Source: Lama glama | Lineage: Eukaryota | NCBI GenBank assembly: GCA_028534125.1 | Contig: CM052817.1 | Coordinates: 62,498,001 to 62,562,000 of the forward strand | DNA: 64,000 bases | Direction: 5' to 3' | Shown: positions 25,933 to 38,569 of the stretch, piece after piece | How positions within the stretch are numbered: position 1 is the first letter of the stretch | Layout of the letters: every line of letters starts with the position of its first letter | Notes under the pieces: model-generated | Told to the model about the DNA's origin: nothing | The model's database searches: none | What the model saw: the letters and a program-made list of their open reading frames with translations, nothing else | Program-made: the position numbers and the translations under genes

Positions 25933-28258
25933 CGAAAGGGGATAAATCACTTTCATGGAGCTTCAAAAATAATTATGCTTTTCTTCCTCTACTCTTCAGT
26001 AATCCCACATAGCATACACCACTCTTTAACGGGCAGAGCAGAAGGATGAAAGAAGAAATCACATTATGAATAGCTCTGGATTCAATGAAAGTGTGCACAG
26101 GCTTTTAAAGCATATTCCACATTATATAAGAACAAAGAGATTAAGCACAATAGGAAGCCCATTAAGTTGCTATTGCACTTAGAAGAAATTAAAGGTTATG
26201 TTCAGACTATTATAAAATAGACGTAAGACTATGTTAACCTGTAAAATCTTCAGATATATACACAATGAGCTACCTGGGCAAGCAGATAACATAAATAAAA
26301 TTAATTTATGTTTTTACAATGCAGGAGCTCCTTTACAGGTGGAAATAGCAAGCTATCTATAAAATTTTAATTCTAATACCTGGAGACAGACATTTAGAAA
26401 ACTTTTACAAGTTAAAAACATATATAATGTTTTTGTTTTGTCTGGGTTTGTGGCCCATTGCTCCGCCTGTATTACAAGTAGGGCTTGTTGCCACTCCTGC
26501 TGCAAATATTTGTCAGTATTTGATGCTTATTGCTGCATGTTTTGGGGCAGTGCCTTTTCTCTCCAAATAGCTATTTGCCTCCAGAAATTTTTGTCTTCTC
26601 TTTCCTGACCCTTGCCTCCTTCCCCAATGAGTTTCAATGATACATAAGAAGTTTGATGGACTGAGGTAGATCGGGCTGAGACACAATTGCTGTATAGAAC
26701 AGGATCGCTGTGTTTTCAGAAACAGTGTATAGCTTGTGGCTTGAGACTTGATTGCTGCAAAGTTCACCAGGACCCTGTCTTTTTAGTGTGCAACTTATAG
26801 GCCTTCATCTCAGCCCTGAAATCCATGAGGCTTGCACATGGAGGTAATGTGTGAATGCTTATCAATTTTAAAAAGCTGGACAGTTAAAAACTGTAACACT
26901 TGTAGCTCAGCCAAATTTTCTGTGAAATACTCATGACTAAGCATTAACATTGAAGACAAGAGCATTTCTTCCTCAACTTGGTGGAACATTTCTTATCTGG
27001 ACTGGAACGGCATTGGAGGGATTCCAGTAGCTGCAACAGAACTGGTGTTGAGTTTCCAGCTTCTCTCGGTGGTAGGGGCCTCAGGTGAACCCGACTCCTC
27101 CCCTGACAGTTCAGTGCAGCGTTTTGAGGCAGCTGAAGCACGTAGGAGGAAGTCTGTGGTGAATAAATCAAGGGGAATAGTGAGTTCTGAGTCTGACCTT
27201 GAGAGGCACCTCTGAGTCCCATGAAAGAAGCTATAGGCAGTGAAAAGGAGGACAGATTCTGTGAGAAATACTCCCTAGGGAGCTTTGAAGCTATCGAGAA
27301 AAGACAGCCCTTTGAAAAGCAGAATTTTTGTTTGTTAATTAACCATTACCATGTAGGATATAGATAAAAGTGACCTCATTTCTAGGAGCAGAGTGGTAAA
27401 GCCTGATCATATTTATAGGAAGAATCACCCTGCTTGAAAAAAATGTTGAAATATTCTTTAGAGAAGGCAATTAATGCAAGGCTTGCATTATGGAATAAAG
27501 AATATGCAAATATTCTATGCCAGTTTCAAAACTCTCCTAAGAATTTATTTTCCCATATTCCTAAGTGTCATAGTTTAGTGTCAAACATAATTAAGCAAAT
27601 TGTTTCCATAGCTGGGAACGTTTATATAAATTGATAACTTTAGGTCATGAACAAGAAAATATACAGTTATTTTTCTTTAAATAACTATAGATATATGTTA
27701 TGATGTAGATACATACATATGTTCTTTCCACTAAAGCCAATATGTCAAGTAGGAAAATACAGTAGATATTTCAGACAACACTGTCTAGAGCAGGGCATGG
27801 ATGGGATTTTCTGATTGTGTCAAATGTGTGACTTGCATGCTAAGTCTTTGAATTCCTCTGGCCCTTCAAAAAACAGAGTTCACACAAGAAGCTCTTCTGC
27901 TGAGACATCTGGGAAGATCAGAGCCTGAGGGTAGATAGCCATTTATGCACAGAAGGACAAAACTCTTCATTCTAAGAGCAGCACATACCTACTATTTTGA
28001 AGAGAACTCTGCACTCTCAGAGAAAACATGGTCCACTGGGTCCAATCCCCAGATGTCTGCAGCCCTGCAGTTCTCTTTTGTCTGTGGTGACCCAGAGAAA
28101 GAAGCTTTTTGCCAAAATAATGTGCAGTTTTATTCCCAGTCTCTCCCCTTTCCCAGAATGCTGTTAGTCCTATATCCATTGGGATTAAGGGTGCTATCAC
28201 AGAGCACAGGTATGCGCCTGCCCAAAGAAAAGAGATGATTCAGCAGTTTTCATTACCT

Positions 28259-28265
28259 GAGAGAG

Positions 28266-28314
<49 letters not shown>

Positions 28315-28315
28315 G
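28259..28315. repeat. Compound (GA)n(GT)n(GA)n microsatellite
   Basis: Directly visible. Confidence 0.97.
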
Positions 28316-28323
28316 TATGTGTG

Positions 28324-28505
28324 CTTTGAAAGGTCTCAGAATTTTTTATTCCAGTAGAATCATTTGACTAGGACCACCTGAGATGTGACGCACAGTCACT
28401 GCTTTAACCACACTTCCTGTCTTTGTGCCCAGTGTGGTGTGGCCTGCACTTACTGACACCAGGTCAGCTCAGGTGATCTCGTCTGTCTCCCTTTAATCAG
28501 GAAGT
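28324..28505. promoter_or_regulatory. Candidate enhancer (TCF/LEF, E-box, CRE-like, RUNX, ETS, DR4 cluster)
   Basis: Motif matches only (listed in findings); no functional data. Confidence 0.4.
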
Positions 28506-29179
28506 CTCATCTAAAATGCTCAGGGGGAAGAATTTGTTTACAGTGTAAAGGCCCCTCATCTAGATACTAGAAAATTCTCTGGAAACCTTTTGGCTCTCCT
28601 GCCACTGAGATTCTCAGTAACTGGTCCTGACATCTCCATCATCCTAGGGTGGATTGGTGTCAGTCCTTTCACAGGACTCTTGTTCATTATCATTTATCAA
28701 ACCAAACAAAACATGATTTGATATTGGGGAGAGGTCATTTCAAAGGAAAATGTGAGACTCGTCCTATCCAAGACCATCTTTGCCTTCACCTTATGTGCTA
28801 TCTTTCTTTTGACTTGATGTGATGTTCCTGAGTGAGTGACAACTTCTAGGTTTTTGTTTTCAGAATCTCATTATTACAGTCCATGTATATTACCTGAGGG
28901 TGGAGGGAGACCCTGAAGTTTCATTTTAATTTTTCAACAGACAATAACTAATATGCACATTCTTAGCTAATTGCCATTTTAAAAGTCACAGGATGGCCGA
29001 GATACAGGACTGCAAGGTCTCAGCCAGTAAGTGTGAGTGTGGGGTTCACATTAATGTGTTAATGGTTTATTGTGGGCGTCACTTAGTTCTCATTCCTAAA
29101 CTTGGAAATAGTTGGTTGATTGCCTGTGTTTAAACAGAAGCTCTTAAAGAGGCAGAGAAAACGAGTGTACATGGAAATC

Positions 29180-29430
29180 TAAAGGATGTAGTAGTTGCAG
29201 AAAGGGAAGCAGAGATGAGAGACCTCCATGAGACAAATGTAGTCATTGCCTGAGTTTACGATGAATTTCTCTTTCCTGGTTCTGGTCTCTCCTACTGCCT
29301 AGTAGCTCTTACTGCCCTTGGTACTCTGCGATAACACTCCATCCTGGCAATTAATCTTTGTATTAGTTTGGAGCTAGCTTGCATTATTTCCTGTTACTTC
29401 ATGCGAAAGAAAAGTCTAGATAAGGCAGTA
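29180..29430 (+). mobile_element. Old LTR 3' part (MLT1K/L-like)
   Basis: gagctagcttgcattatttcctgttacttcatgcgaaagaaaagtctagataaggca resembles an old MaLR terminus. Confidence 0.5.
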
Positions 29431-30544
29431 AGAGGCGTTAACTGTAGATATCTTCAATAATTCAAGAGTGCATTATATCTAGCAAAATGTCTAGGCTACA
29501 GAATATACTGAGTAAATACAAAAAGACAATCTAGCTAGGTGGTGGCAAATTGGAAAAGATGGAATGGAAACCAGAGATTTGTGATAAAAGAAATCCCGAA
29601 GGATTTGGCAAGTGATAAGATATAAAAGAAACAATTGATGCCTGTGGTGAGGATTCAAGCTAGCTGACTCTAGAGGTAGATGATCTGTCTACTTTTTCTC
29701 AGGACAATCCTATTTAAATAATTTTTTTAAAAATTTAAGAGCACAATAACTAATGGAAAAATGAGACCAAAATAAACAGCAATATAAACAATATATGAAA
29801 CATTTGCATTTTAAAATATTGTTTTCTTTCTATGCATTTGATGAGAAAAGCAGTTCTTCACTGCCCCCACCCCCTTATCCTTTGCTTTATATGTACAGGT
29901 TAATGTTTTTAGGCATTAGAAAGGAAGCTACAGAGTGCTTTCTTTAGAGGGTAATTTTTTTACTTTTTAATGCACATCAATTTAGCTCCACACAATGCAA
30001 TTTGAAGGGAGGTGTTTCTATGTCAGTGAAGGTGTTGGGAAGACAGTGAGTATAAGAGACTTCATTGTAAATAGCCTCAGACACAGCACGTCACTGATGA
30101 AGGACAGTGTGTGCATTTATGTAGGATGGAAAGGACCATTAGTCACACATCCATCTTTTCAGTCACTGAAAGAACAATCCCCATTAGTAACATCATTTTT
30201 GAATAATAAGAAAAATGTATGTATGTCCTTGGAAATTCAATAAATTTTGAACCTTACACCTGAAAAATTTGCAGGCACCTGGGAGAACTAATTAATTCTT
30301 TTATTTTTATAGAATACTTTCTACACTGCTGTTCTAGTACTTGGTGACCACAATACATAAATATAGTCCCATAAGAAAAAGCTAAGAGAAAATAATATGA
30401 AAATTAACACAATATTTGCACAACTAAGTTTCTTACCCTTAGCAAATAAAGGAAGGAAGAAATGTTTTCCCAGTTAAATTCTGAGATGATGCCTCAGTGT
30501 AAGATGCACCAGAGCCCAGAATCACATAACTAGGTTCACCTCTG

Positions 30545-30990
30545 GTTTTGGTTACAGTCGTGGACCCATGTCTGGAGGAATTTAGACTCACCATGCACCA
30601 ACCATGTTTCATCTCAGATTCATGCTGCTTGTTTTTCTGTTTTGCACCCAGGAACATCTCCAGTGCTGTGCCCACTGAACCTGGGCTCAAACTCAGCCAA
30701 ATGTGGAAGAATTTACATCCCTAAAGTTAACCTTCAAATGGGAAAGAGAGTCAATGGAAAGAGTCTTCCGTCCATCAGGTGAGCAATTAATGTAGGTGTT
30801 CTGCGTGCTTCCCAGGTGGGTGGTCCTGGCAGCACTGACTCCAGGGAACTGGCTGTTGCCTCTCCTATGCATTAGCTTTTCCTCCTTCCTTAGCTCACTT
30901 TGCTTGTTTCCTCACTTCAAGTAAAATAACTGCCCCCAAGTGTTGTCACTGGCTCCTTGTCACTGGGTTTAAGGTATTCTAAGTTAAGAC
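30545..30990 (+). mobile_element. ERVL solo LTR (LTR16 family)
   Basis: Terminal tttcctccttccttagctcactt...aaataactgcccccaagtgttgtcactggct...ctaagttaagaca. Confidence 0.7.
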
Positions 30991-33237
30991 ATTAGGTCAT
31001 TGTAAATTAGAAGATTAAAAAAAAAATTTGTGAATCCTACACTGAAATACTTAACATACTTTATTTCACCTATAAAAATGGGTATAAAACACTTTAAACC
31101 CCGTGTTTATAAAAAATTATAGCCGAATTAAATCTTGCAAAACAGTCATTAGGAATTTTCTCAATTTCCGAAAATCAGTTTCTCCTGTCACTTCAAGTTT
31201 ATATTATTTCCAAGGAGTTAATGACTTATATAAATCAACACATCACTCATTATATACACTAAATGGAAGAAATTTGTTTTGTAATGGAATAAATTGCTTC
31301 AAAACAGAAATAATTCTCTTCTCAATTTCTTAATTTTGATATAACAAATTTCTTAATATAGAAAGCCACAGAAATTCTGCAGATATTGTGCATAGCAAGA
31401 TTTGAACTTTCATCTTTAAATAAATTCCTTTTAATTTCTTAGGGAATATGTAAACTTTAAAAGGACAAAATGGAATTACTTTTCACGAATTAATTTCACT
31501 ACTATTATGATTCTATTATTATTATTCTTACAAAGTCTGTATAGCATACGTTTCATAAGCTTCATTTGGTAACATAAAATAAATGGATTTGAAGGGAAAA
31601 TCTACTTAAATCAGACTTTGAACACCTGGCAATATTTGAAAAGTATAAAAAACACTTCAAAATTTTATCTAATTGCTAAAAATAATTTTCTAAAATTAAT
31701 GATAAAATATTTCAAAATGAAGAAGATTGCTAGCATAAAATGTGAATTTTTCAATTATTCACTCCCTTTTTAAAATATTCTTTATTTGAAATAACATCTC
31801 TGCAAGACACACTGAACATAAAATTTTTTTCTATGTATATTTAGGTTGAAAGAAAGTCTTGAGTTGTTAAGAGGCATAGGAGTCTATTAATCTGGAAATT
31901 TATTTTTCCTTAGACTTCAGAGTCTTTCATAGTGTTCTGAAAATTTTGTTTAGAGTAATTATTTACAACAAATACAGTTATAATGTGACAATAAAATAAA
32001 TAGAAAAATACAATTGTATATTTATTTGGAATTAATGCGTATTTATAAATCCAAAGTGATTATTAGCTAAAAATAAAATGACTGTAAATATCAGTTAGAA
32101 GTAAGTGATTACTAGTATGGGACTTCCAACTTAAGAGATATTAATAGTTTTAAGGTAACACATATCCTTTACTCCTACTTTTAATTTACTCCAACTGTAA
32201 ATCTGAGTTTTTATGCTCAGTCTTTGTTAATCTATAATCTATGATGTGATTCAAAAATCCAGACTACCTCTTCATTAAACATTTATACACAGATAATTTA
32301 ATTCTTTCTTTTATTTGATTAGACATGGTTAACCACATATGACTTCTAGTAACATGGTATAGATTTCTCTGTATTTCTACCTTGATACTAGATGTATTCA
32401 TCTAAATTAACTTAAAATATGTTTTATTAAAAGTGGTCCTAAAAATAAAAACAGATCTCTGTGATATATACAGGAAAAAAAATTAACTCTTCTATGCACA
32501 ATGTCTTTTTAGATCATCTGAGTTTTAAAAGAAATAATAACCTGTTTGCTATTTATTCTATAATTTCCAATAGAAAACATACGTTCCATTTATCTCAATT
32601 TTAATCTTCCTTTCTTACCTTTAACATCTTGAAATTATTATTCATAGAACATTATGTTAGTATACATGGATTTTGTGTGTCAGCTAAACTCTTTCTTCAT
32701 GGGATATGGGAGGAAAGATGTCATATTTATTTTGTAATAAAGACCTCCAAAGTTTCAGAAGGCAAAGTTATGTCTAGAGTTAAATGAACCAAATTAAGAA
32801 TAGGGAGGTAGTAGTGGTCCATGCAGTAAGAAAAATGCATCATTAGTAAGGAATTCAAGTAAACTAAAGCTATTAAATATGTCTGCGTTTTATTTACACA
32901 ATGTGCCAGTGTTTTTGAAAATTTTAGTGGCAAAATGTATTCTTCCATCCCCTCAAACCTTTGATATTTCTTAGTTCTAAACAGTTACAGATTTACTATT
33001 ATCTCTCTTCCTTTCTATCTTAAATTCTACAGTTAAAATGAATCCAATTAGTACAGTATTTATTTCTTACCCTCTGATACGAATTGTATTCTACATGGAA
33101 GTTAATTTAAAGATTTTCCTATTGTAATGTTTGTCCATGGGACAAAGGGCTCAGATACGTATGTTCAACTCAAGAGTAAGTTTGTAATAATTAGAAAATT
33201 TTCAAGATCACTTCAAGTACAGCCTATGTCTCCACCC

Positions 33238-33294
33238 TTGTGATGTTAAGTATTACATATTCCTGAACTCAAACAATATACTCAAAATGTGCAA
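33238..33294 (+). repeat. Copy A of a 57-bp dispersed direct repeat
   Basis: 52/57 identity to 34431-34487 by manual alignment. Confidence 0.9.
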
Positions 33295-33889
33295 TGGTAA
33301 CACAATGATTATAAAGACAAAGAAATTGAACTTGAACCACTTGAAAATTTTAATTTGTGTTTAAAATTTAAAGAGTATACGCTGTGAGATGTCGCATGTT
33401 TGTTTGGTAAGTGAAAATTTTAGTTCATACGTGAATATGTTGCTGAATTTGAATATTTTAAACCAATGGTTGAATCAAGAAAATAATGATTATTACTGAC
33501 TATTACATGGTGATTACTGACAAATAACTTTGTCTTTTAGAGAATGGTGATGTTAGACATTATATCCTCCAAGTTTTTGAATGCACGCTGTGTGCCACTG
33601 TTCACATATTTAGTAGATCACCACAAAGCTAGAGGATGCTATGAGATGCCTTCTTAATTTTTACATTTATTGCTGCATATCCTGAGCTACGGCAATGACA
33701 CAGAAATAACTTCAGAAAGGTACATAGATATTTTTAACAGCAATTTGAACAAACAGAATCCATACCATTCTTAATCATGAATTTTATATTATAAAATCTT
33801 AATTTTGTCTTTGTGTCTCTGGAAGATTAAAAATGCTTTTTAATTCACAAAGTGAATATATATAAAGAAGCAAATGTAATAGATAACTG

Positions 33890-34326
33890 TAATAGTGCCA
33901 CTCCAGTTTTGACACTACTAGTGTAACTTTTAAGCCCCACCACTTCCCTTTCCCATCCTACCGCACTCCTGGAAAAGCAAATAAAACATCCAGTTGCTCC
34001 TTTTTTTGTTTTTTTTGTTTTTTTTGGTGCTGGTGAGAATCACGAAGTTCCTGTTCCATCCAGGGTAACCTTTGCCCAGCCCCACTCCTTAACTACCATA
34101 TGCCCCATGCTGGTCTTCTTCCCCTGCTCTCTGAAGCTGTTTTTGAACCTGCTTTTGGAGCTTGCCCTGCTTGCTCAAGAAAGCCTCATTTTTGTGAGTA
34201 ATAATCCTTCCTCATACCTTCTTGTTTTCTGTGTGTATGTGTTTGTGTGTATGATCATCAGTATAGACATGCAAACTAAATGTTGAGTGGAAGTTTCATC
34301 CAATTTTTGAAGAGTGAGTATAACAA
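33890..34326 (+). mobile_element. ERVL solo LTR (MER74-like)
   Basis: agaaagcctcatttttgtgagtaataatccttcctcatacc...catcagtatagacatgcaaactaaatgttgagtgg...tataaca matches the recalled MER74 3' end. Confidence 0.75.
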
Positions 34327-34430
34327 GGTTGCTTTCTCCTTGTAAAGTACACACAGAAGCTCACTCAATATGGGGAACTGTAGTAATATGGAAGAACTGT
34401 TCTCCTTGCCCAATACATGGAAATGTTGGA

Positions 34431-34487
34431 TTGTGATATTAAGCATTACATATTCCTGAGCTTAAACAATATACTCAAAATGTGTAA
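34431..34487 (+). repeat. Copy B of a 57-bp dispersed direct repeat
   Basis: 52/57 identity to 33238-33294. Confidence 0.9.
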
Positions 34488-34994
34488 CATATATTTTATG
34501 CCTAGCTGAACTCAAATCCAAGACATTTAATACCTGAAAAGTTTTTCAGAAGCTGGTTTTTAAAAAGAATGTGTATTTTATGTTTTATGCATGTTATATT
34601 GCAAATGAACCACTCACAGATGTTGAGTACAGGTGTACTAGCCACCACCAGTACCACCACCACCATGAGCCACAATAACATCCTAAACTGATATATACAA
34701 CTGGTTCTTTGACCATAATGCAGTTAAATCAAAGAGCAACTATAGTTCCACATATTATTGGGAAAAGCCCTTTTAAATAATGTGTGAGTTACAGAGTAAC
34801 TTAAGGGACATTTAAGATGAATTTGAATGAATTTATAATTTTTTAAATAAATATATGTGGCATGCAGGTAAATTGTTACTTAGGAGAATACCTATTATGG
34901 CTTTAGATGATTCACTGATAAACAAGGAAAACTAGGAATCAGGAAATTAGTGAGGTAATTGTTCAACTCATGAGGCTAGGATGATACAAATTAA

Positions 34995-35200
34995 AATAGT
35001 GAGGGCCATTTTACCCACAGTCATCTTTAATACGAGTAGTACTGGAAATTGTGGAGTTATTATTTATTGTAATATGCTACTGTCATTTAGTGCCAATGGG
35101 CCAAGGATACAAATATCCTATAGTGCACTGAACAGTTCCATGTAACAAAGAATTGTCTAATTCAAACTGTCAAGAGACTTTCTATTAAGAAATATTATAT
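34995..35200 (+). mobile_element. MER20-like hAT element
   Basis: tgctactgtcatttagtg..ggccaaggat..atcctatagtgcac..acaaagaattgtct..tgtcaa..taagaaa. Confidence 0.7.
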
Positions 35201-35234
35201 GGTCATCAATTTTTTTTTAAAGTCTGGAATTTCT

Positions 35235-35935
35235 TAATTTGATGAAGTTGTGCAATGGGAGTTCCCATATCCTGCTGAGGAATATAAATCAGTACAACCA
35301 TTTGAAGAGGAATTTGCCAATATTTGAGAAAGTTGAGAATGTAAACACCCTATTCTCATCCTGTGACTCAGACCTCCTACTTTTGGGTATACATTCTGGT
35401 GAAACTCTTGCACACATATGCCAGGAAGCATAGACAAAAATGTTCATGGCAGCATTCTTTGGAATGGGAAACATTTAGGAATCTTAGGTGAATAGAAGAT
35501 TGGATCAGTGAGTTGTGACCTATTCACATAATGGAATACTGTATGCCCTTGTAAATTAATGAAATTATTCTGTATGCAGACCCATCCTAAAATGTTGCAT
35601 GAGAAAGAAATCTGTGGAATGTTCAGGGAAAAAAAACTCATAAAAATCAACACACATGTAATCCTATACCATATTATTTATAGGTATTTATGTGTAGCAA
35701 AATTATAAAATTATGAACTGGATATATAGACATCAAATTTGTTATTGTGACTGCCGCCAGGAAGGAGCAGGGAAGGATGTGAGACTAGAAAGGAGGATGC
35801 ACAGAACTTCAACTTCATGTATCATTTTACTTTTCTTGAAGGAAGCAAACATGACAAAACCTGTGTTAATTTTGCCTGGTGCTTCCACTGCTGTATATTA
35901 ATCACTGTAACTTGATCTCTTTTTTGAAACAAAAT
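35235..35935 (+). mobile_element. L1ME-type 3' region
   Basis: atataaatcagtacaaccattt..aatttgccaatat, gaaactcttgcacacat..caaaaatgttcatggcagcatt, tattcacataatggaatact. Confidence 0.85.
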
Positions 35936-38569
35936 ATTTCCTTAACAGTCTCAAGCTCACTGAAGTGTCTTGTTTAAATTTACATGAAAAAGAAATTAAA
36001 TATTAGGGTTTATACTAGAATAAGACCTTTAGATTACAGATGCTCTGCTCTGTGTCCTATATATACTCTTTCAAATGTCCCACTAATTCCTATTCCCCCT
36101 TATGCTGACATTTTGAACATTACTAGTTCACATATTTGAAAACTTTCTTAACATTTCCACCTGTGGGTTAAAATGAGCAGATCTTTTAATCTTCAATGCC
36201 AAGGATTTCCCCTTTAAAGTTTAATTACTTTTTCTTTTCTTCTTTACCTTTTCAAAGTTCTAAGTTCTGTAAAACTGTATTATAAATCATACTTATTGTC
36301 TGTTTTCTTTTCCCCCACCATGTGACCCAGATTTAGAAATACATTTTATGTGCAAGGGGTTTTAGAAGGGTACATAGAGATACAGTGCTTGTTTCTTAAC
36401 ACCTTATGGTTTAATAGGATGAAAAATTTGGAAAGGAGGTAAAATGAACACATTTAGCTTCTTTATAGAGTATTAAAATAGTGTTAAAACTCATAGATAA
36501 AATATTTTAGGTATTAGAATGGGGGAAATGGAAATGATGGAATATTAAGTCAGGGAAATATTCTAGGGATATCTTAGAAAAAAAATAGTATTCTTAATAA
36601 AAGAGTAGGAAGAGACAAATATCCCATTTTAATGTTTTATCCAAAATATTGTTGGGAAAGGAATCATTTAACCACATTGTAAGGGGTCCTGGTTATCATT
36701 GAAGTAAGTACTTAGTTTGATAGGTAACAGAGACAGATGAAAAGCTTTTAGCGTGGGGTGGGAAGTGCAAAGGATATAGTTAAACCTGCCGTGTAGGAAA
36801 ACTAATTCAAAAGTTATATGTAAAAGGCTATTATGGTCTTCTCCTGGAATCCATTGTGAATTCCCTGATGGCAGAAACCATAGCACTTTACACACTGTAT
36901 ATATTTGTTTACTTATTGATTTTTAAATTTATTTATGCCACAGGTACTCAATAGATGCTGAATGAAGGAACAAAGGCAGCCACTTATTCACCAAAAATTT
37001 ATTGAGCACCTACATGTGTCAGACAATTCACTGAGTTTTAGAAATACAGTCAGATGACAAAGCCCATTTATTTTACTGACTTTCTGCTCTCTGCTTTCAG
37101 TCTTGCTGGATGACTGATGAGTCAAATGGACCTCAGTTCAGTGCCAAAGGGGGGCCCTTCTGAAGTCAAACAGTTTCTGTGCCTGTTTTGTTACTTGTTA
37201 TTTTATTACCCGTTACTATGTCATCCTCCTTTAACCTATAACTAGAGAGTCTTGAGAGCATCCTCTGTTCAGGCCCAGTTTGCCGCCAAATGAACCCTAA
37301 CTGCTTCCCTGGGGTAGAAGATCTCCTTTCCTATCTCCATCACTCTGTGATGGGAATTCATTTGTTTTTCAATTAACATTTTATTCAAAACATCATTTGT
37401 AATATTATAAGTACGTAAGATTTAGAAACTTGCCTAAAGAGTTTTTTTTTAATCAAGATTTTCCCTATACAAAAGTAGTGAGAACATTGTATTTACGACC
37501 CCATCTGGCACCATTGAACAGAAAATTCCTTCGTCTGCTATCTGTTCACTTATAGTAGTTCTGATGTTGGTGACTTTAAAATTGTGAACTTCTAATGGAT
37601 TTTTCAGTATAATGGCTTCTTTATAGAAAAGGAGAAGAACACATTCAAAGCATTGCCTTTCTTTGAACGAAAGAAATTTGTTTTTGATTGAAATTTCTTT
37701 AGTAATTTTCAACATTATGTTTTAGGAAGGTAGAAAGGTGATTTTATTTTTGTTTTTTGAGTACTTGTATGTTTTCTTCCTGATAATAGCTTCTTGTTAA
37801 ATTTGATAAAGAAACCAGAAACCAAGTTGTCCCCTAGAGGTACAAACTGAAGAGGAGCCCTCTGACAGTTTTCAAAACAAGGGCAATGTGAATTAAAAAA
37901 AAAAAAAAAGATAAAGAAGGCGAAAGCATTCCTTCCTCTCTTGGCCCTTTCGTCTGCTTGATTGGCCAGGAATGATGATGTGATTCATCATCTTCACTTC
38001 AGCTGGTGGCATGAAAACTTCCAGCAATGCTGACAGGATCAGGAGAACATCTCTTCCCCTTTGTCTCCTCCAAAACTCAGTCATGGTTAATTTAGCTATC
38101 GTGAAAGGAGCAAATGGGAAATTCAAAAGCGACATTGCTTCACACAAAGTGTGCTGTTTATTCCTTCCAAATGCCAAAACTGATCAAAGTAAGCCATCAT
38201 CAATTCACAATGCTGAAATCATGAAGAAGCATTAAACATGTAACTTATAAAATCACGCTTGCTCCAAAACAGCTGAAACCCTGAGGAAGAGTGCTTTTGA
38301 TTAGAACAAAGATAATACACCAGAATTTTGCCATTCAGAAGCAAACATCCCGTTTTCTTCCTTTATTAAAGAGGAGTTGATTATATGATGTATGCAATGC
38401 TGTTATGATCTAAAATATTAAATCTCCAATTTTTCTTTTAGTTTATTGTCCCATGAGCTTGAATTTATGTCTTTGACCAGTTTGAAAACTCCTGCTGTCA
38501 TCGTGGGCAAAATCAGCATTCCCCTGGAGGTTCTTGTATCAACATTTCGAGGAAATTTGAATTTGAAGC

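Noticed and set aside
26944..27222. Minus-strand acceptor at 27153 with open frames (92-aa ORF; alternative frame ending ..PFQSR*)
   Set aside because: No recognisable protein, no supporting upstream exon, and a weak pyrimidine tract.
28864..29032. Acceptors at 28863/28940 with donor CCA|GTAAGT at 29026
   Set aside because: Ambiguous acceptors and no coding signal; indistinguishable from a pseudo-exon.
37965..38040. C/D-box snoRNA-like motifs (ATGATGA ... CTGA)
   Set aside because: No terminal stem, no clear C'/D' boxes and no rRNA antisense element recognised.
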